Source: Girardia tigrina
Taxonomy: Eukaryota
NCBI GenBank assembly: GCA_001938485.1
Contig: MQRK01221138.1
Location: 1-55,892, forward strand
Length of the DNA: 55,892 bases
Direction of reading: 5' to 3'
In this document: positions 37,562 through 50,212 of the stretch, in pieces
Layout: each line of letters begins with the position of its first letter
How positions within the stretch are numbered: position 1 is the first letter of the stretch
Program-made: the position numbers and the translations under genes
Notes under the pieces: model-generated
What the model saw: the letters and a program-made list of their open reading frames with translations, nothing else
What the model was told of the DNA's origin: nothing
The model's database searches: none

Positions 37562-37931
37562 TATTGTGAATATTATTTTTTTAAGGTCCGATGCAACTAA
37601 ATTTACCCGGATTTTGACAAAAATAAAATAAAAATTTTGGACTCATCGGGTAACACTCTGAACTTGAACTTATATAAAATCAATCGAAAAAAGGTTTTAA
37701 GTTTAAAACCAGAATTGAGTAGTTCAAAATGTATTGAAAGTTATTCTATATTATTTATCAGGCTATTGTTTATTGATAAATTCAAATGTTAAAATAACAC
37801 AATCAATTGTTACAATAACTATTAATTATTTTTAGTTTTTTAGAGGTCTTTTATAAGGTTGATCTACAGTTCGACAAATATAAAATTAAAATTTGAACAT
37901 ATTATTAAATTTAATTTAAGTTAATATTTAG

Positions 37932-38081
37932 AGCATCGCTTCGTTGATTTATTTGTGCTTTTCGGATATCAATATTTTGATAAATTACATGGGATTCGTA
38001 AACTGGCTAGCGATAGGGGTCGCTGTTTTCACTGTTATATGGTTCCGATACAAATTGCCAGAGAAAGAAAGGCCAATTAGA
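37932..38081 (+). CDS. SLC7 transporter exon 5
   Basis: tttag|SIASLIYLCFSDINILINYMGFVNWLAIGVAVFTVIWFRYKLPEKERPIR. Donor |GTAAGA. Confidence 0.95.
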
Positions 38082-38118
38082 GTAAGAAATAATATTACAA
38101 TTTTCAGATATATTATTT

Positions 38119-38169
<51 letters not shown>

Positions 38170-40567
38170 NNNNNNNNNNNNNNNNNNNNNNNNNNNNNNN
38201 NNNNNNNNNNNNNNNNNNNATATATATATATATATATATATGTAAAGTAGTTATACATTTTAGGAATATTCAGAAAACGTTATTGCAAAAATAATTTTTA
38301 AAATATTTACATTTCTTGATAAATGAAAAAAATTGCAGTGTTCGTTAAAACTTCGTTCTTCGAGGAAAGGATATAATAGCTATATTATGATTATATATCC
38401 TAATTTAATCCGTTTTCTTTAAAGACTTTATTTAATGAAATTTCAATACAACTAAAGAATAAAGAAATATTTATTATTAATCAATAACAACTACTAAAAA
38501 TTTATTAAATTTTTATGAGATGTTTTTGGAAATTTCTCTTTTCAGGGATTTCATCTTCATTTTCCATTGATTTTCTAATCAAATGTTTTTCTAAATCTTC
38601 AACCTAAAATCTTTTATGTTCTTCATTTAATTAATTGATCATACTTTTGTTTTTTTCTTTGAAATTTGTGACATTTCCGCTCAAGGATTAAACATAAATT
38701 ACAAAAGTACATTGTTGCACACCTAGTTACAATAAAACTTTTCAAACGTGCAGCCATTGGCTTTCAAGAGTTTGGCATCATTATTCTTTAGTTTTTTCAT
38801 ATTGAAATGAAACAAGAAATTTCTTTCCTTACTTATATCAAAGGAAAGTCTTAAAATCAAGAGTCAGATTCTAATTGATATTCTGTGATTCCATTTTTTT
38901 TGGATGTTAGTAGCTTGCTTTTACTTCGTAAATGTAATAAGTTACAATTAAGAAGGTCAAGTGTCTGTCGAATAGGTAGATTTAAAGGTTAATGAATCTA
39001 AGATTAAATGATTAAAAGAATATTGTGAATCTTATTTAGATCAATAGATTTAAAAATCTCAAACATTTTCGAGTTCAGTTGTTAAAGTATCAACATTGTA
39101 CCGGAAAGTTCAATTTTGTCTTTACTCCGCACGTTTTGGTCTGCTTATCAAGAAAGTAAGACTCTTCGTGAAAAACAATTCAATGAGATGAAAAATTTTA
39201 ATACACGCAATACACAGTGAAGATTAAACATATCATTTAAAAAAGCGAATTGATAAAATTAAAAAAAAAATAAATGAAAATAAAAATCTCAAAAAATTTT
39301 TTGCAAACTGCTATCATTATTTTTCAATACTTTCGAATAACTTTAATAATTAACTGATTTAATATTTGAAGTTATTATTATTTTAAAACTACATTAGATG
39401 TTTATTGAAAATTATCGATTTCTGTTTGATTGTTTCATTTATTTCACCAAAACATAAAATAAACTAATTTATAGAATAATTTCTTCATCCTATGATTTTA
39501 TTAGAGAAATGGGAAACTGGAGCATAAATCATAGAACCAACAGTTTTAATATAATATCAAAATTAATTTTAAATGGTTGTATATAGCCTTTGTCATCTTG
39601 GATGGAAATAACAGATAGTTTAACATGAATTTTTCAATAAATTTACAACACACAAATTTTCTCAAATTAGTTTTACTCTCTTTGTTAATAGATAAAGGAA
39701 ACGGCAGACGAAAGGCAATGGTATTTTTCTTTGATATCTGTAATTTGATTATGTCGGTCGTAGCAGACTTGATTTGTGTTTCAATATAAATATTTTCTAA
39801 CACTTGAATTAATTTTCTTGTGAAAAATGTTTTTTACAACTGTGAGGATAATTAGATGTATATAAGTATTTATAATAACATATTTCTATTTATAATTATA
39901 ATATATTAATGGATCTAAAGTATTCTTAATAAAAATCTCCTGTGTTTTAATATTCAGAAATTTTGTAACAGATTCAAATTATTGTGTAATTTGTTATTAA
40001 AAATAAATGTTACTTTTTATTGAATAATAAAATCGTAATTTTATAATTTCTAAAAGTTATGTATCAGTACTCTATTTGCGCACGTACGGTGAAATGATCT
40101 ATTTATTATAGTACATAGTAATTAAAATAAATAAATGGATTATAATAATTACTTTTTTCACTAATATCTTTTAAAATTCTTATGCAAAATAATTTTTTTA
40201 CTTTTCAATAAGTTACAATTTCTCATTTATATCTTAATTAAATAAAAAACATGAGTTAATTGTCAATGAATAAATTAAGGAACTAAATATGCCTCCTTCA
40301 TGAGTACATTATACAATTAGAATAACTAAATGTATAATACTAAGAAGGATATCAATTTATTAAGAAATGACTTCAAATTTCCTTAACGAAATGGTTAATT
40401 AATTAACCATTCATTTCATTTTAGCGTCTTTGCCTACAAACCAAAACGTATCATATTAAAGTACATAGAATTCAAATTTGGTTCAGAAACACTCACTAGC
40501 GTATTTGTTTAATGCGGTAAATGCTTACCTTTTTATCATTCGTCTAATTTTTTTGAGTTATTAGGAT

Positions 40568-41440
40568 TTTGAGGAGCTCATAAATTTTTGAATTTTAAAA
40601 ACGTAAAGCTTAAAACATTAGAAAGATATTTCATTAATAAATTTTATAATTGTAAATATTTAAAAATACTTCATTAAAATAGATTTTAAAAATTGTTGTT
40701 GAAAAAAATTTTAAAATAAAACTTCAAAAATAAAATTTAAATTTATCTAAAAAGGTTTAACATATAGAATTTCACGATTTACATAAATTAAGCTAAAAAC
40801 CATATTGTACTTTAATTTAATTGAATATAATAATATAACGTTTAATAAATTAAAATCATATTTGATTTCATTGAATATAAATTTTTGTTAGAAATTATAA
40901 AATTAAAACTATATTTTAATGTAATATCATTAAATGAAGCAACAAAATCATATATCACCATTTAATATTTAAAATTAAGATTAACGTTAAGAAACTAAAA
41001 TCGAATATATGAAATTTAAAAAATAATGGCAATTATTTTTTTACAATTTAAAGGAGCCATTTTAAAATAAATTTTTTATTAAAGCAGAATATTTCGACGG
41101 AATATCCGTCATCATGAGATGATTCTGATTCTAGCTGTTTAATTAGGAGTACCATTTAAAGTAATTTTTAAGGTAATAAGAAATTATATTAAATTGAAAA
41201 TAGAATACGTAATAAAATTTAACTAAAAATTGTGACAAGTAATAAAATTAATTTGAAACTAAAAACACCAATTTGTAAAATTAAAATTTATATCGATATT
41301 TATATTTATTATTTTCATTTATAACTGGTTTGTGCAAAATAAGAAAACATCGTTCCTCAGAAATTTGTTTAAAAAATATTTAATTGTTATAGAAATAAAT
41401 TTTAATGTTATGAATTCTTTTATTAATCACGAACCTATCA
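40568..41440 (+). mobile_element. Solo LTR (family A, diverged)
   Basis: The 3' end gttcctcagaaatttgtttaaaaaat...ttgttatagaaataaat...gaacctatca matches the LTR ends at 15060-15163 and 6720-6834. Flanks AGGAT/ATGAT (1 mismatch). Confidence 0.6.
41085..41123 (-). ncRNA. Decayed minimal hammerhead ribozyme motif
   Basis: Minus strand reads CTCATGA T GACGG atatt CCGTC GAAA tattc: same stem II as the 49499 copy, with a core G>C change. The downstream aatggc...aattgccat is shared. Confidence 0.5.
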
Positions 41441-42795
41441 ATGATTATATTTTAAATTAAAATCACAAAATGAACGGTTAAGGTATTAAAATTATCCAGA
41501 AATTAAAGAAAAGTAATTTTTAACTTTGAAAAATATATAATTTAATATAAATATTAAATATCAATCTGCTAATAACACTAAATCGTCGCATACTAATATT
41601 GTTCGTGCGAGAACGAGCGCAGCGCGATCGCGGAGCCCCGATGTTGGGAATGCGGTGACTCTAGGTCGAAGGAATTTCTTTCAAAATTTTTATTTTTTAA
41701 ATTCGAAACACAATTTTCGCATCAACAGCTGCCGATCCGAAAAAAAACAAAATCCTTTTTACAAAACTCCATCAAAATTCGATTTCAGCAACAACATAAA
41801 TATTCATTATTTTTTTTATTTTGTTTCCCGCCAATAATTTTTCACAAACATTTCATTTCAAAAGGAATTTCAGCTCACATATACAAACTTTAAAACTACC
41901 ACACACACTATTTTGATCTATTTAAATAACTGATCCATCACAATTTTTTTTAATGTCACTTATTCGATTAAAACAAAAATTAAAATTCAGATAAAATCAC
42001 TGGACAATCAAAGGCTTCGACAGTTCGTGAAAAATCATTTTAATTATTTTTTTTAATTTATATTTTTTTTAAATGCCATTTTGGCAACTTTTTTGTTTTT
42101 ATTATTTCTTTCTTTTTTTTTGATTTAAACAATAAATTTAACATCAGATTCCTTTCTTTAGTATTGATGATGATAAATGTACAAAACTATTCAGAAATTT
42201 CTTTAAATGAGTACGAGAGTACATCACAATAATAAAAATCAAACATTTATCAAAAATTCCTTTATAAATTCAAATTCATCAGAGTCGAAACAGTATTCAT
42301 TGCATTTTCCGTATTTGAAAAGTAACAAATAATTATTTGAATTTTTTCGACTTCGAATAAAAGATCTGATATTAATTGTGGATTAAAATTCATGTCCATC
42401 GATTACAATCGATTGAATTGTCGAATGATGTTCGTTGAAGACTGTAGGGACTGATTGACACGAATATAGATTTGGTTAGGGGGTTTTATGATTAGTTGAC
42501 GCGTTTTTGAGAGACTCTGAGAGGGAGATAGATACGTTCGATTGCTTTGATTCAACTCTGACTGAAATCAAATTGGATGATCAATGATCATTAATCGATC
42601 GACCACAATCATTATTTGGCCTTTCGTACCATCTCATCCATTCTTCATCTGGATCATCTCTCCCCAACGGCAAATCAAACAAATATTATTTATCATACTT
42701 TTTATAAAAAAATTTGAAGGATGTCGGAAGGTAGTAAAAAATTTCAAAATTGTGAATTTTGGTCATTTTCAAATTTATTTAATAAAAGAATAACA

Positions 42796-43300
42796 ATGAT
42801 CGATGAGGAGCGGCTTGTCCAAGTCTATAATTTGGACGACGATTATTTACCTTCAGTTAGACATTTGTACATTTCTGAATCTTCAGTCAAAAGTGTCATG
42901 TATAGAAAGGAAAAAACCGGCCAAATGCCAAAAGGCAAACATGGATGGCACCGAAAACGGGTAGTGTGAACCATGACAAATATTATGAATTTTATTATGG
43001 AACTTTCGAACAGTTGTTCGGAGCGGCACATTACCTTTTACAAGATAGTGCTCCTATACATTTAAAATAAATTCCATCTTATTCACTATTCCTAAATCTA
43101 ATAGAGGCATTTTTTCGATATCGAAGAGATCATCAGGACAGAAATAACAAATTATCGGACCTCCTGACAATCACTAGTCAGGAAAGATTTGCCGTACTAA
43201 AAGAGAATATAGAACTCTTGCTGCCAAATAGGACAAGAAGGATATGATGAATTATTATAGTCATACTAAGAAATTCTTTGTAGACTACTTATAAAGGCAG
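42796..43300 (+). mobile_element. Tc1/IS630-like transposase remnant
   Basis: HTH-like MIDEERLVQVY...ISESSVKSV...GWHRK and IPSYSLFLNLIEAFFS (compare LPPYSPFLNPIEEFFS). Confidence 0.6.
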
Positions 43301-44151
43301 AAATATATGATGATTGAAGGGATAAATTTATATATGTAAATAAATATATATTTTAATAAATAATAAATAAAATTCTTACTTTCAATCGATGCATAAAAAT
43401 GTAAAATTTCATAAAAATCCATTGATTATAAATAGTAATATTGGTATTAATTTGCAGTTAATAATTGATCTGGTATGCTATTTAATGATTTATGTAGTAC
43501 ATGAATAGGACAAATTCGTAATTTGACCTGATTGAAAATAACTGGTATTATTTTAAAATTCTAGAACCTAGAATGAAGAGTTCTTATGAAGAGATAGTTA
43601 AAATTTTCGATTTGCCGAATAATTTATAATTTAAAATTTAAAATTTTGACAAAAAGTACATAATTATATAAAACAAAAACAGATTTTAAAATCTAAAAAA
43701 TCTAAAAGTTGATATATTCAGTAGAAATTTTTAAAATAAGAACTTTAAAAGAAATCATAAAATAAATAAAAGTTTTTGCATAAGTTTATAGTATCAAGCT
43801 ACTACAAAAGTATTTTTAAGAAATTAAATAGTGTTTTTTACAAATTAATTTTAAAATTAGATGCTTATATAAATGAAAACAAAATAATTTTATGGTGCTT
43901 AGAATATATTTTAAATACACAATAAAAAGTTGGATTAAATATAAATTTCAAAAAAAGTTATATTGATAAAATTTAAAGTAGAATAAAATTTATGAGACAA
44001 AACGAAAATTTTAATTAACGAAAGTTTGTTTGAAAATTTCTAGTTGTGATATTAATAAAAAATTTGTGATATTAATAAAAATTTTGAGCTATGAGTCTAT
44101 TGATAATGAAAGTGGCATAAACGCTACTTTCAACCTTTAAATTGGAAAACT

Positions 44152-45061
44152 GGTTCCACGACAAAACGCCACGAACAAAAACGCCGCGTGACAAAAACGC
44201 CGCGGACAAAATAATTTGAAATGAATTAGGAATTTTAGGAATTAAATGAAATAATTTTTTATTAATTAGGAATTTTTGGAATAAATGAAATAATTTGTTA
44301 TTAATTAGGAATTTTAGGAATAAAATGAAATAATTTATTATTAATTAGGAATTTTAGGATTAAAATGAAATAATTTGTAATGAATTAAGAATTTTAGTAA
44401 TAAATTGAAATAATTTGTAATGAATTATGAATTTTAGGAATAAAATGAAATTATTTGTTGTATTTTAAAATTATTACTATCATTATTATATTTTTATTTT
44501 TTATTATTATAATTAGATTTACTGTTATTATTTTGATTATTTATTTATTTATTTATTATTTTTTGAATTACTATTACCATTAATATTATCAATTTATTAA
44601 TAATTCATTTCAAATTATTTGATTTTATTCCTAAAATTCCTAATTCATTACAATTTATTTGAATTTATTACTAAAATTCCTAATTCATTACAAATTATTT
44701 CATTTTATTCCTAAAATTCCTAATTCATTACAAATTATTTCAATTTATTACGAAAATTCCTAATTCATTACAAATTATTTCATTTTATTCCTAAAATTCC
44801 TAATTAATAACAAATTATTTCATTTTATTTCTAAAATTCCTAATTAATAACAAATTATTTCATTTAATTCCTAAAATTCCTAATTCAATTCAAATTATTT
44901 TGTCCGCGGCGTTTCTTTACGCGGCGTTTTTGTTCGCGGCGTTTTTGTTCGCGGCGTTTTTGTCATGCGGCGTCTTTAACACGCGGCGTTTTTGTTCGCG
45001 GCCTTTTGTCCGCGGCGTTTTTGTTCGCTGCGTTTTATCCGCGGCGTTTTGTTGTGATACC
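44152..45061. mobile_element. Foldback / MULE-type non-autonomous element
   Basis: Perfect 9-bp TSD TGGAAAACT; GG...CC termini. The arms are made of about 15-bp (acaaaaacgccgcg) and about 40-bp (aattaggaattttaggaataaaatgaaataatttg) repeats in inverted orientation. Confidence 0.9.
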
Positions 45062-45811
45062 TGGAAAACTATCTTAGATATCATAATTTTTGCAGTGTAG
45101 TTAATTTAATTTAACCAAATGATTTATATAATTATTAAATTTAGTTTTTTTTAATTATTACATAAAATTATGAATTTATATGAACAGGTTTATATTTAAG
45201 TTTATATTTAAGTGCGTTAAATATGAAACAATAAATGGTTTTCGAAATGATTTGAAGAATAAATTAACAACAATATTCAGGATTTAAACATTATTGGTAA
45301 AAATATATCAAATTGATTAAAATAATGTAACAAAGCCTTTTTTAATTCGACGCGGTTTTATCAATGTAATAATTTGAATATTAATTGTTTTGAATTATGT
45401 CAAATTAAAGCTGTTAGGAATAATCAAGTCAATATTTAAATAAAAAACATTGTTAATTGGTTAAATATATATTTATTTGTTATTTCAATTTTAACGGTTG
45501 TCTGAGTTCCATCATTCCGTGACAAATTAATATTAAAATGTCATTGACAATAAAACAAAAATATTTTTCTTAGTAATTATTTTGTTGTTTTTGCGTTATT
45601 TAATTTAGTAACAAAAACAATCAAAGTATGGTTAATTTCAAGATTAATTTGGATGATTAGTATTTAGTAAGGTTTTTGACACTTTGTAAGTTCTATGCCT
45701 CATATAACCTGATGTAATTACTACATAAGACAGTTAAAAATTTTCTTACTATTAGAGATTTAAAAAACTAATGAAAATGTAATAGAATAATTTCATCACT
45801 ATAATCTATAT

Positions 45812-46320
45812 CAACTATATAACTCGTTCAAATAATTCGGTTTACGTCTTTCTCTTTGAGGTCTGCTGCTGATTCCCGATTCACTTTGCTTGAAACTCGA
45901 AGCTGATTCAATGTTATTGTACAAAATATAATCCGAGTAAGAGTTTTGCGGCAGGTCTGGTTGTCTTGGTCAAATATCTGCTATATGCCGTGGGCCGCAA
46001 AAACCATCACAATTTATTAAGTACTTTTTTTGATCAAATTTCCTAACGACAACGCCTCTTGCCCATTGCTTTGTGCATTGCATACTATTTTCAGGCTTTA
46101 CCCAGACAAACTGTAACTCGACAAAGTCAGTCTTTACCCTATTGCGAACTGGCTCCCTTTAAATTCTGTCGATTATCTATAAACCGACTGGAACGGACTT
46201 GTAAAGTGCTGAACTAGGTGTCTCCTTTCCGTCGGACGGTGTATTTTTTTATAACAATAAGGCTTCCATGATACTGATATTCGATCTAGACGTAATTCTC
46301 TTGATTAGTTCTCTAAGAGA
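45812..46320 (-). mobile_element. Gypsy integrase C-terminal fragment (same lineage as Gypsy 1)
   Basis: NTPSDGKETPSS...VWVKPENSMQCTKQWARGVVV...GPRHIADI...RPQRERRKPNYLNE. Confidence 0.75.
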
Positions 46321-47442
46321 ATTGATATGCTGTAAATACGACGCTGGAAAAACACTTAAAACGATTTCAAGTGAGCTCGATGTGAACTATAAAACCGTCT
46401 TTAGTGTTGTGAAAGTTTATAAAGTCAGTGGTAGAATAAATTCACTACCAGTCCGTGGTCATAAAACTCCAATTCTTAACCAAGAACATGTGGATTTTAT
46501 TAAAAATGAAATCGAAACTAATTGTTCGATAACACTTGGATTGTTAAAAAATGACTTGGGATTGGAAAAAAACATTATTGCTTCAAAATCTACAATTTAT
46601 CGTTCAATAAAAGCATTTAATTTTTCTTTGCAACGCGTAAGTATTGTCCCAGAATCTCGAAATACAGCATCGTGTATAGCATCATATTTGAGTTTGCAAA
46701 TTACTACTTGTCTTTAAATGAAGAAGATATTATTTTTTGGATGAAGTGGGTGTTAATTGTTCAATGAGAAAATCTTATGGACGAAGCCAGCTAGGAACGC
46801 CTGCTAAGAAAACAGTTAGAACAATTCGCAGTAAAAACTTTTCAATTTCGGGGGCTATTTGTAAAACGGGGTTGTTAAAATATGAAATAATGGAAGGCTC
46901 TAATAATGGAAACACTTTTATTTCGTTTATAAACATGCTGCTTTCTTTCTTGGCGGACAATAACTATGAAAAAAGGTTATTATAATGGATAATTGCGCAA
47001 TATACAAAGTTGGTGGAGTTTGTGAAGCAATTACGAATGCTGGACATGTTTTAAAATTCCTTCCGCCGTATTCTCCACAATGCTTTTCAAAATGCAAAAA
47101 TGGAATCAAATTTAAAAATGTTGTATGTGTAAGTAAATTGATGGAAGCTATTCAAACAGGGAAAGATTCAATCACATCAGAAGATTGTTTTGGGTTTTTT
47201 AATGATACTCGTCGTTATACTTTAAAAACAATGAGACGTGAAGAATTTTGAGTAAATAAAACTTAGGAAGAAGAAATATTTTTAAATTAATGTGTATCAT
47301 TAATGTTGAATATATTGTTGTTATAACGTTTATATTTTTTTAACAAAATAAAGTTTAATTTTCTTTTTTTTTATTATCTGATTTTAATTGAAACGTTTCT
47401 GATTTTAATTGAAACATTTCTGATTTTAATTGAAAAACCCTG
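46320..47442 (+). mobile_element. Tc1/IS630-like (DDE_3) transposon, 5'-truncated
   Basis: HTH GKTLKTISSELDVNYKTV; FLDEVG; MDNCAIYK; FLPPYSPQ; three tctgattttaattgaaa subterminal repeats; terminus ...ccctg|TA. Confidence 0.88.
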
Positions 47443-47580
47443 TATGGGCCGGATTCAAAATCTAAATTTTCATAATCATCTTGAAATTTTTCTTTAAAAT
47501 TTCAAAACTGCCGTTTCCACTAAATTTCTCCAAAATATCGAGTATAATTTTTAAATCGCTTATCATTGCCCGGATAGCTT

Positions 47581-47716
47581 GTAACAACGAATATCAAATC
47601 TGCAAAATTTATTCTTCAACACATACTTTTCTAATAGATATTATTTAAACAAAAATACATCCTTATTTTCATTAATTTTTTTCCTAATATTGTAAAATAA
47701 CTAACATGTAACAAAA
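47581..47716 (+). repeat. Dispersed repeat, homologous to about 10660-10830
   Basis: Shared aaatctgcaaaatttatt...atagatattatttaaacaaaaatacatcc. Family unknown. Confidence 0.7.
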
Positions 47717-47869
47717 GACCTAATTTTGGGGAAGATTAAGATAATGATTTCATTTATTTGTTATTGTTCCCATTATACATAAATTGTACTTAATATGTTC
47801 TCAACGTTCTTGGATAAATATTCAAGCTATTTTACAACTTATTTTAATTTTTTTACAAATGTAGTTTTA

Positions 47870-49280
47870 AGGGTTTTAGGACTTTTCCGCATCTGACTTT
47901 TCCGCACACAGACTTTTCTGAAACCATATTAAAATATTTTAAAAACAATTTAAAAATATTTTGAAAATATGTTAAAAATATTTTGAAAAAAACCCCTGTT
48001 AAAATTTAATTATTATTATTTTACATTTCTTACCAATTTAAAATTTGTTGTAAAAGTAAATTATAAAATATTTATAAACAATTTGGTAATGAATAAAATA
48101 TTTAATTAATAATTGGTAATCCACTTAAATAATAATTCTTATTTTACTTAATAAATAATTCTATTTGATATTCCTATTTTCAAATTCTTTTTACGAGCAA
48201 AATTTATTAATAATTTATTTATTAATAATGATATTAAAAAGTATCGAATTAATAATTTGTTTATTTAGTTAATATCATTTTTAAATTTATCACAAATTTA
48301 AATTCCAAATCAATATGCAGTTTTCAGTTAGCTCCCGTGGAAATCAGGTTTTAATATATGAAGAATTTGAGTATTTAAAATTAGAGAAAAAAACAATTTT
48401 ATAACATGGAGATGCAGATAACTGTCATTCGACTTTGAAAACGGTGGACAACAATATAATTTCTGGTCCAACTAGTCACTCCCACGATTCCTGTCCACAA
48501 GAAGCAACTAAGACAGTGGCCTGGAAAGAAATGAAAGCCGAAGTTAAAGACATTGTAGTCAGCACAAGAAACGCAATATGAAAAGTTCTTGCGGAGCTCA
48601 ACAATGATATTTTAATTCAGATGCCAAAAAAATCATCTATGGAAAGAAATCTAAGAAGATTCAAACAGAATGCTATTTCCATTCCTAAGAATGCAAATTT
48701 CTTAATTCCCGAAACATATGAATAAATTATTTTATACGACTCTGGTGTTAATGATGTGGATCGTATTTTGATGATCGGAGATAGAGATTTGTTGTCACAG
48801 CTAGATAACAAAGACGAAATTTATTGAGATTGAAACATATGATAAATCATCTTCAATATTTTATCAGGTATAATCATGATAATGTCAAGTGGGAAATTTT
48901 TGTATACCCTGTGTGTTTTTCTTCTTCAGAAGAAAGATGGAACAATCTATACACGCATGTTTCAAATCTTAAAAAATTTCCTTCCAAATCTAGAGCCGCG
49001 TAAAATCTTAGTTGATTTCGAAATAGCTTGTATGAATGCTGCTCGTGCTGCATTTTCTTATGCAGAAGTAAAAAGATGTTATTTTCATCCTTGTCAGAGT
49101 TTTGGTTCGAAAAGTTAACTCTGGTGTTAAGGAACTGATTAAGTCAATGGCTGCATTATCTTTTGTTCCAGTTAATGATGTTGGGAAAGTTTTCCAAGAC
49201 CTCATTCAAATTTTTCCTGACAATGATAGTTATAATGAAAGTATTACTTATTTTTCTGCCATTACTTATTTTCGAAATAT
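47870..49280 (+). mobile_element. MULE/Mutator transposon remnant (FLYWCH plus transposase)
   Basis: SSRGNQVLIYEEFEY...WRC...HSH; IFYQVY; ILVDFEIACMNAARAAF...CYFHPCQS; ALSFVP. Terminal gacttttccgca repeats. Confidence 0.85.
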
Positions 49281-49289
49281 ATTATCCTA

Positions 49290-49620
49290 AAATGTGAGCA
49301 TAAATGATTTTAAGATTTTGTGCAAGCATTTTAAAAATTATTGGGAGAGAGGGTCATGTGAAGCACTGTCGATAAGATCATGTAATCCTAAAAAACAGCA
49401 CTCTCAACTAATTTGTTAAGAGCTTTCGATTAGACTTGCGCAATTGATTGCATTATCATTCATTTCTTATATAAAAGCAATAAAAAATAACATAATCAGT
49501 GATCTGATGATGACGGTTAAACCGTCGAAATATATTATCACAAAATCTATTTTTTAATGGCGTTTATTTGTTTTCAATAAAAATTGCCATCTTTTTACAA
49601 ATTTATTTAAAATTAATTGT
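49290..49620 (+). mobile_element. Penelope-like element 3' end (GIY-YIG tail plus pLTR)
   Basis: NVSINDFKILCKHFKNYWERGSCEALSIRSCNP matches the PLE endonuclease C-terminus FKIL...EALxIxxxNP. It is followed by a hammerhead-containing repeat. Confidence 0.78.
49499..49541 (+). ncRNA. Minimal type I hammerhead ribozyme (Penelope-type)
   Basis: Stem I GTGAT/ATCAC; core CTGATGA plus an extra T; stem II GACGG-ttaaa-CCGTC; GAAA; palindromic stem III AATATATT. Predicted cleavage after AUU at 49536. Confidence 0.8.
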
Positions 49621-50212
49621 TGAATGATTACACGAGGTAATAAAAAATTGTAAAGATCGCAGGTTATTTATATGTTTCATCAAAAGCATAAAGAAAATTA
49701 TTCTAATAATATATTAGAAAGAAAATGACTCGAAATGTAGAGTTATTTAAAATTGTAAACTAACATTTATAAAATTATGTAAAATATATTTTATTTCATA
49801 AATATTTTTAAAAAGTTCATTATTATATGACAAGCTTGATATAAAATTTACATTGTAAATAAAATGATGTAATACTGCATGTAGCATAATATGCAAAAAA
49901 TGCTAAACAGTCAAAATGTGACACGTATCAAAAAACTGAATACAATTTAATAAAAAACAGACAATTTAGTCAAGCAATCATAAATATACTACTCCAAAAG
50001 CGGAGTAATTGAATACTGATATGAGAAGCACTTAGTCTGTCACAACTAATAGTGTAAGGTAATGACCCGAAAAACATTTTCTGACTAAATGTATTAAAAT
50101 AGATACATGCTCATTGCTCTTGCCAAATTAAAAACACTAAAAGGAATCAGAAACTTTTAAATATTTGGTGGAACGATTAATGATTATGCGTTTATTGAAT
50201 GGTAAATACTAC

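Noticed and set aside
38540-38800. Cys-containing, IBR/RING-like fragments on the minus strand
   Set aside because: Needs frameshifts and the spacing is unconvincing.
39841-40388. Possible further solo LTR (TGTGAGGA...ccttaac)
   Set aside because: No TSD and it lacks the family-B internal motif.
44152-45061. CRISPR-like repeat array
   Set aside because: Tandem repeats without unique spacers, in a eukaryotic context, with a TSD and inverted arms.
44900-45100. ORF with AAFLF repeats
   Set aside because: It is the translation of the foldback element's 15-bp tandem repeats.
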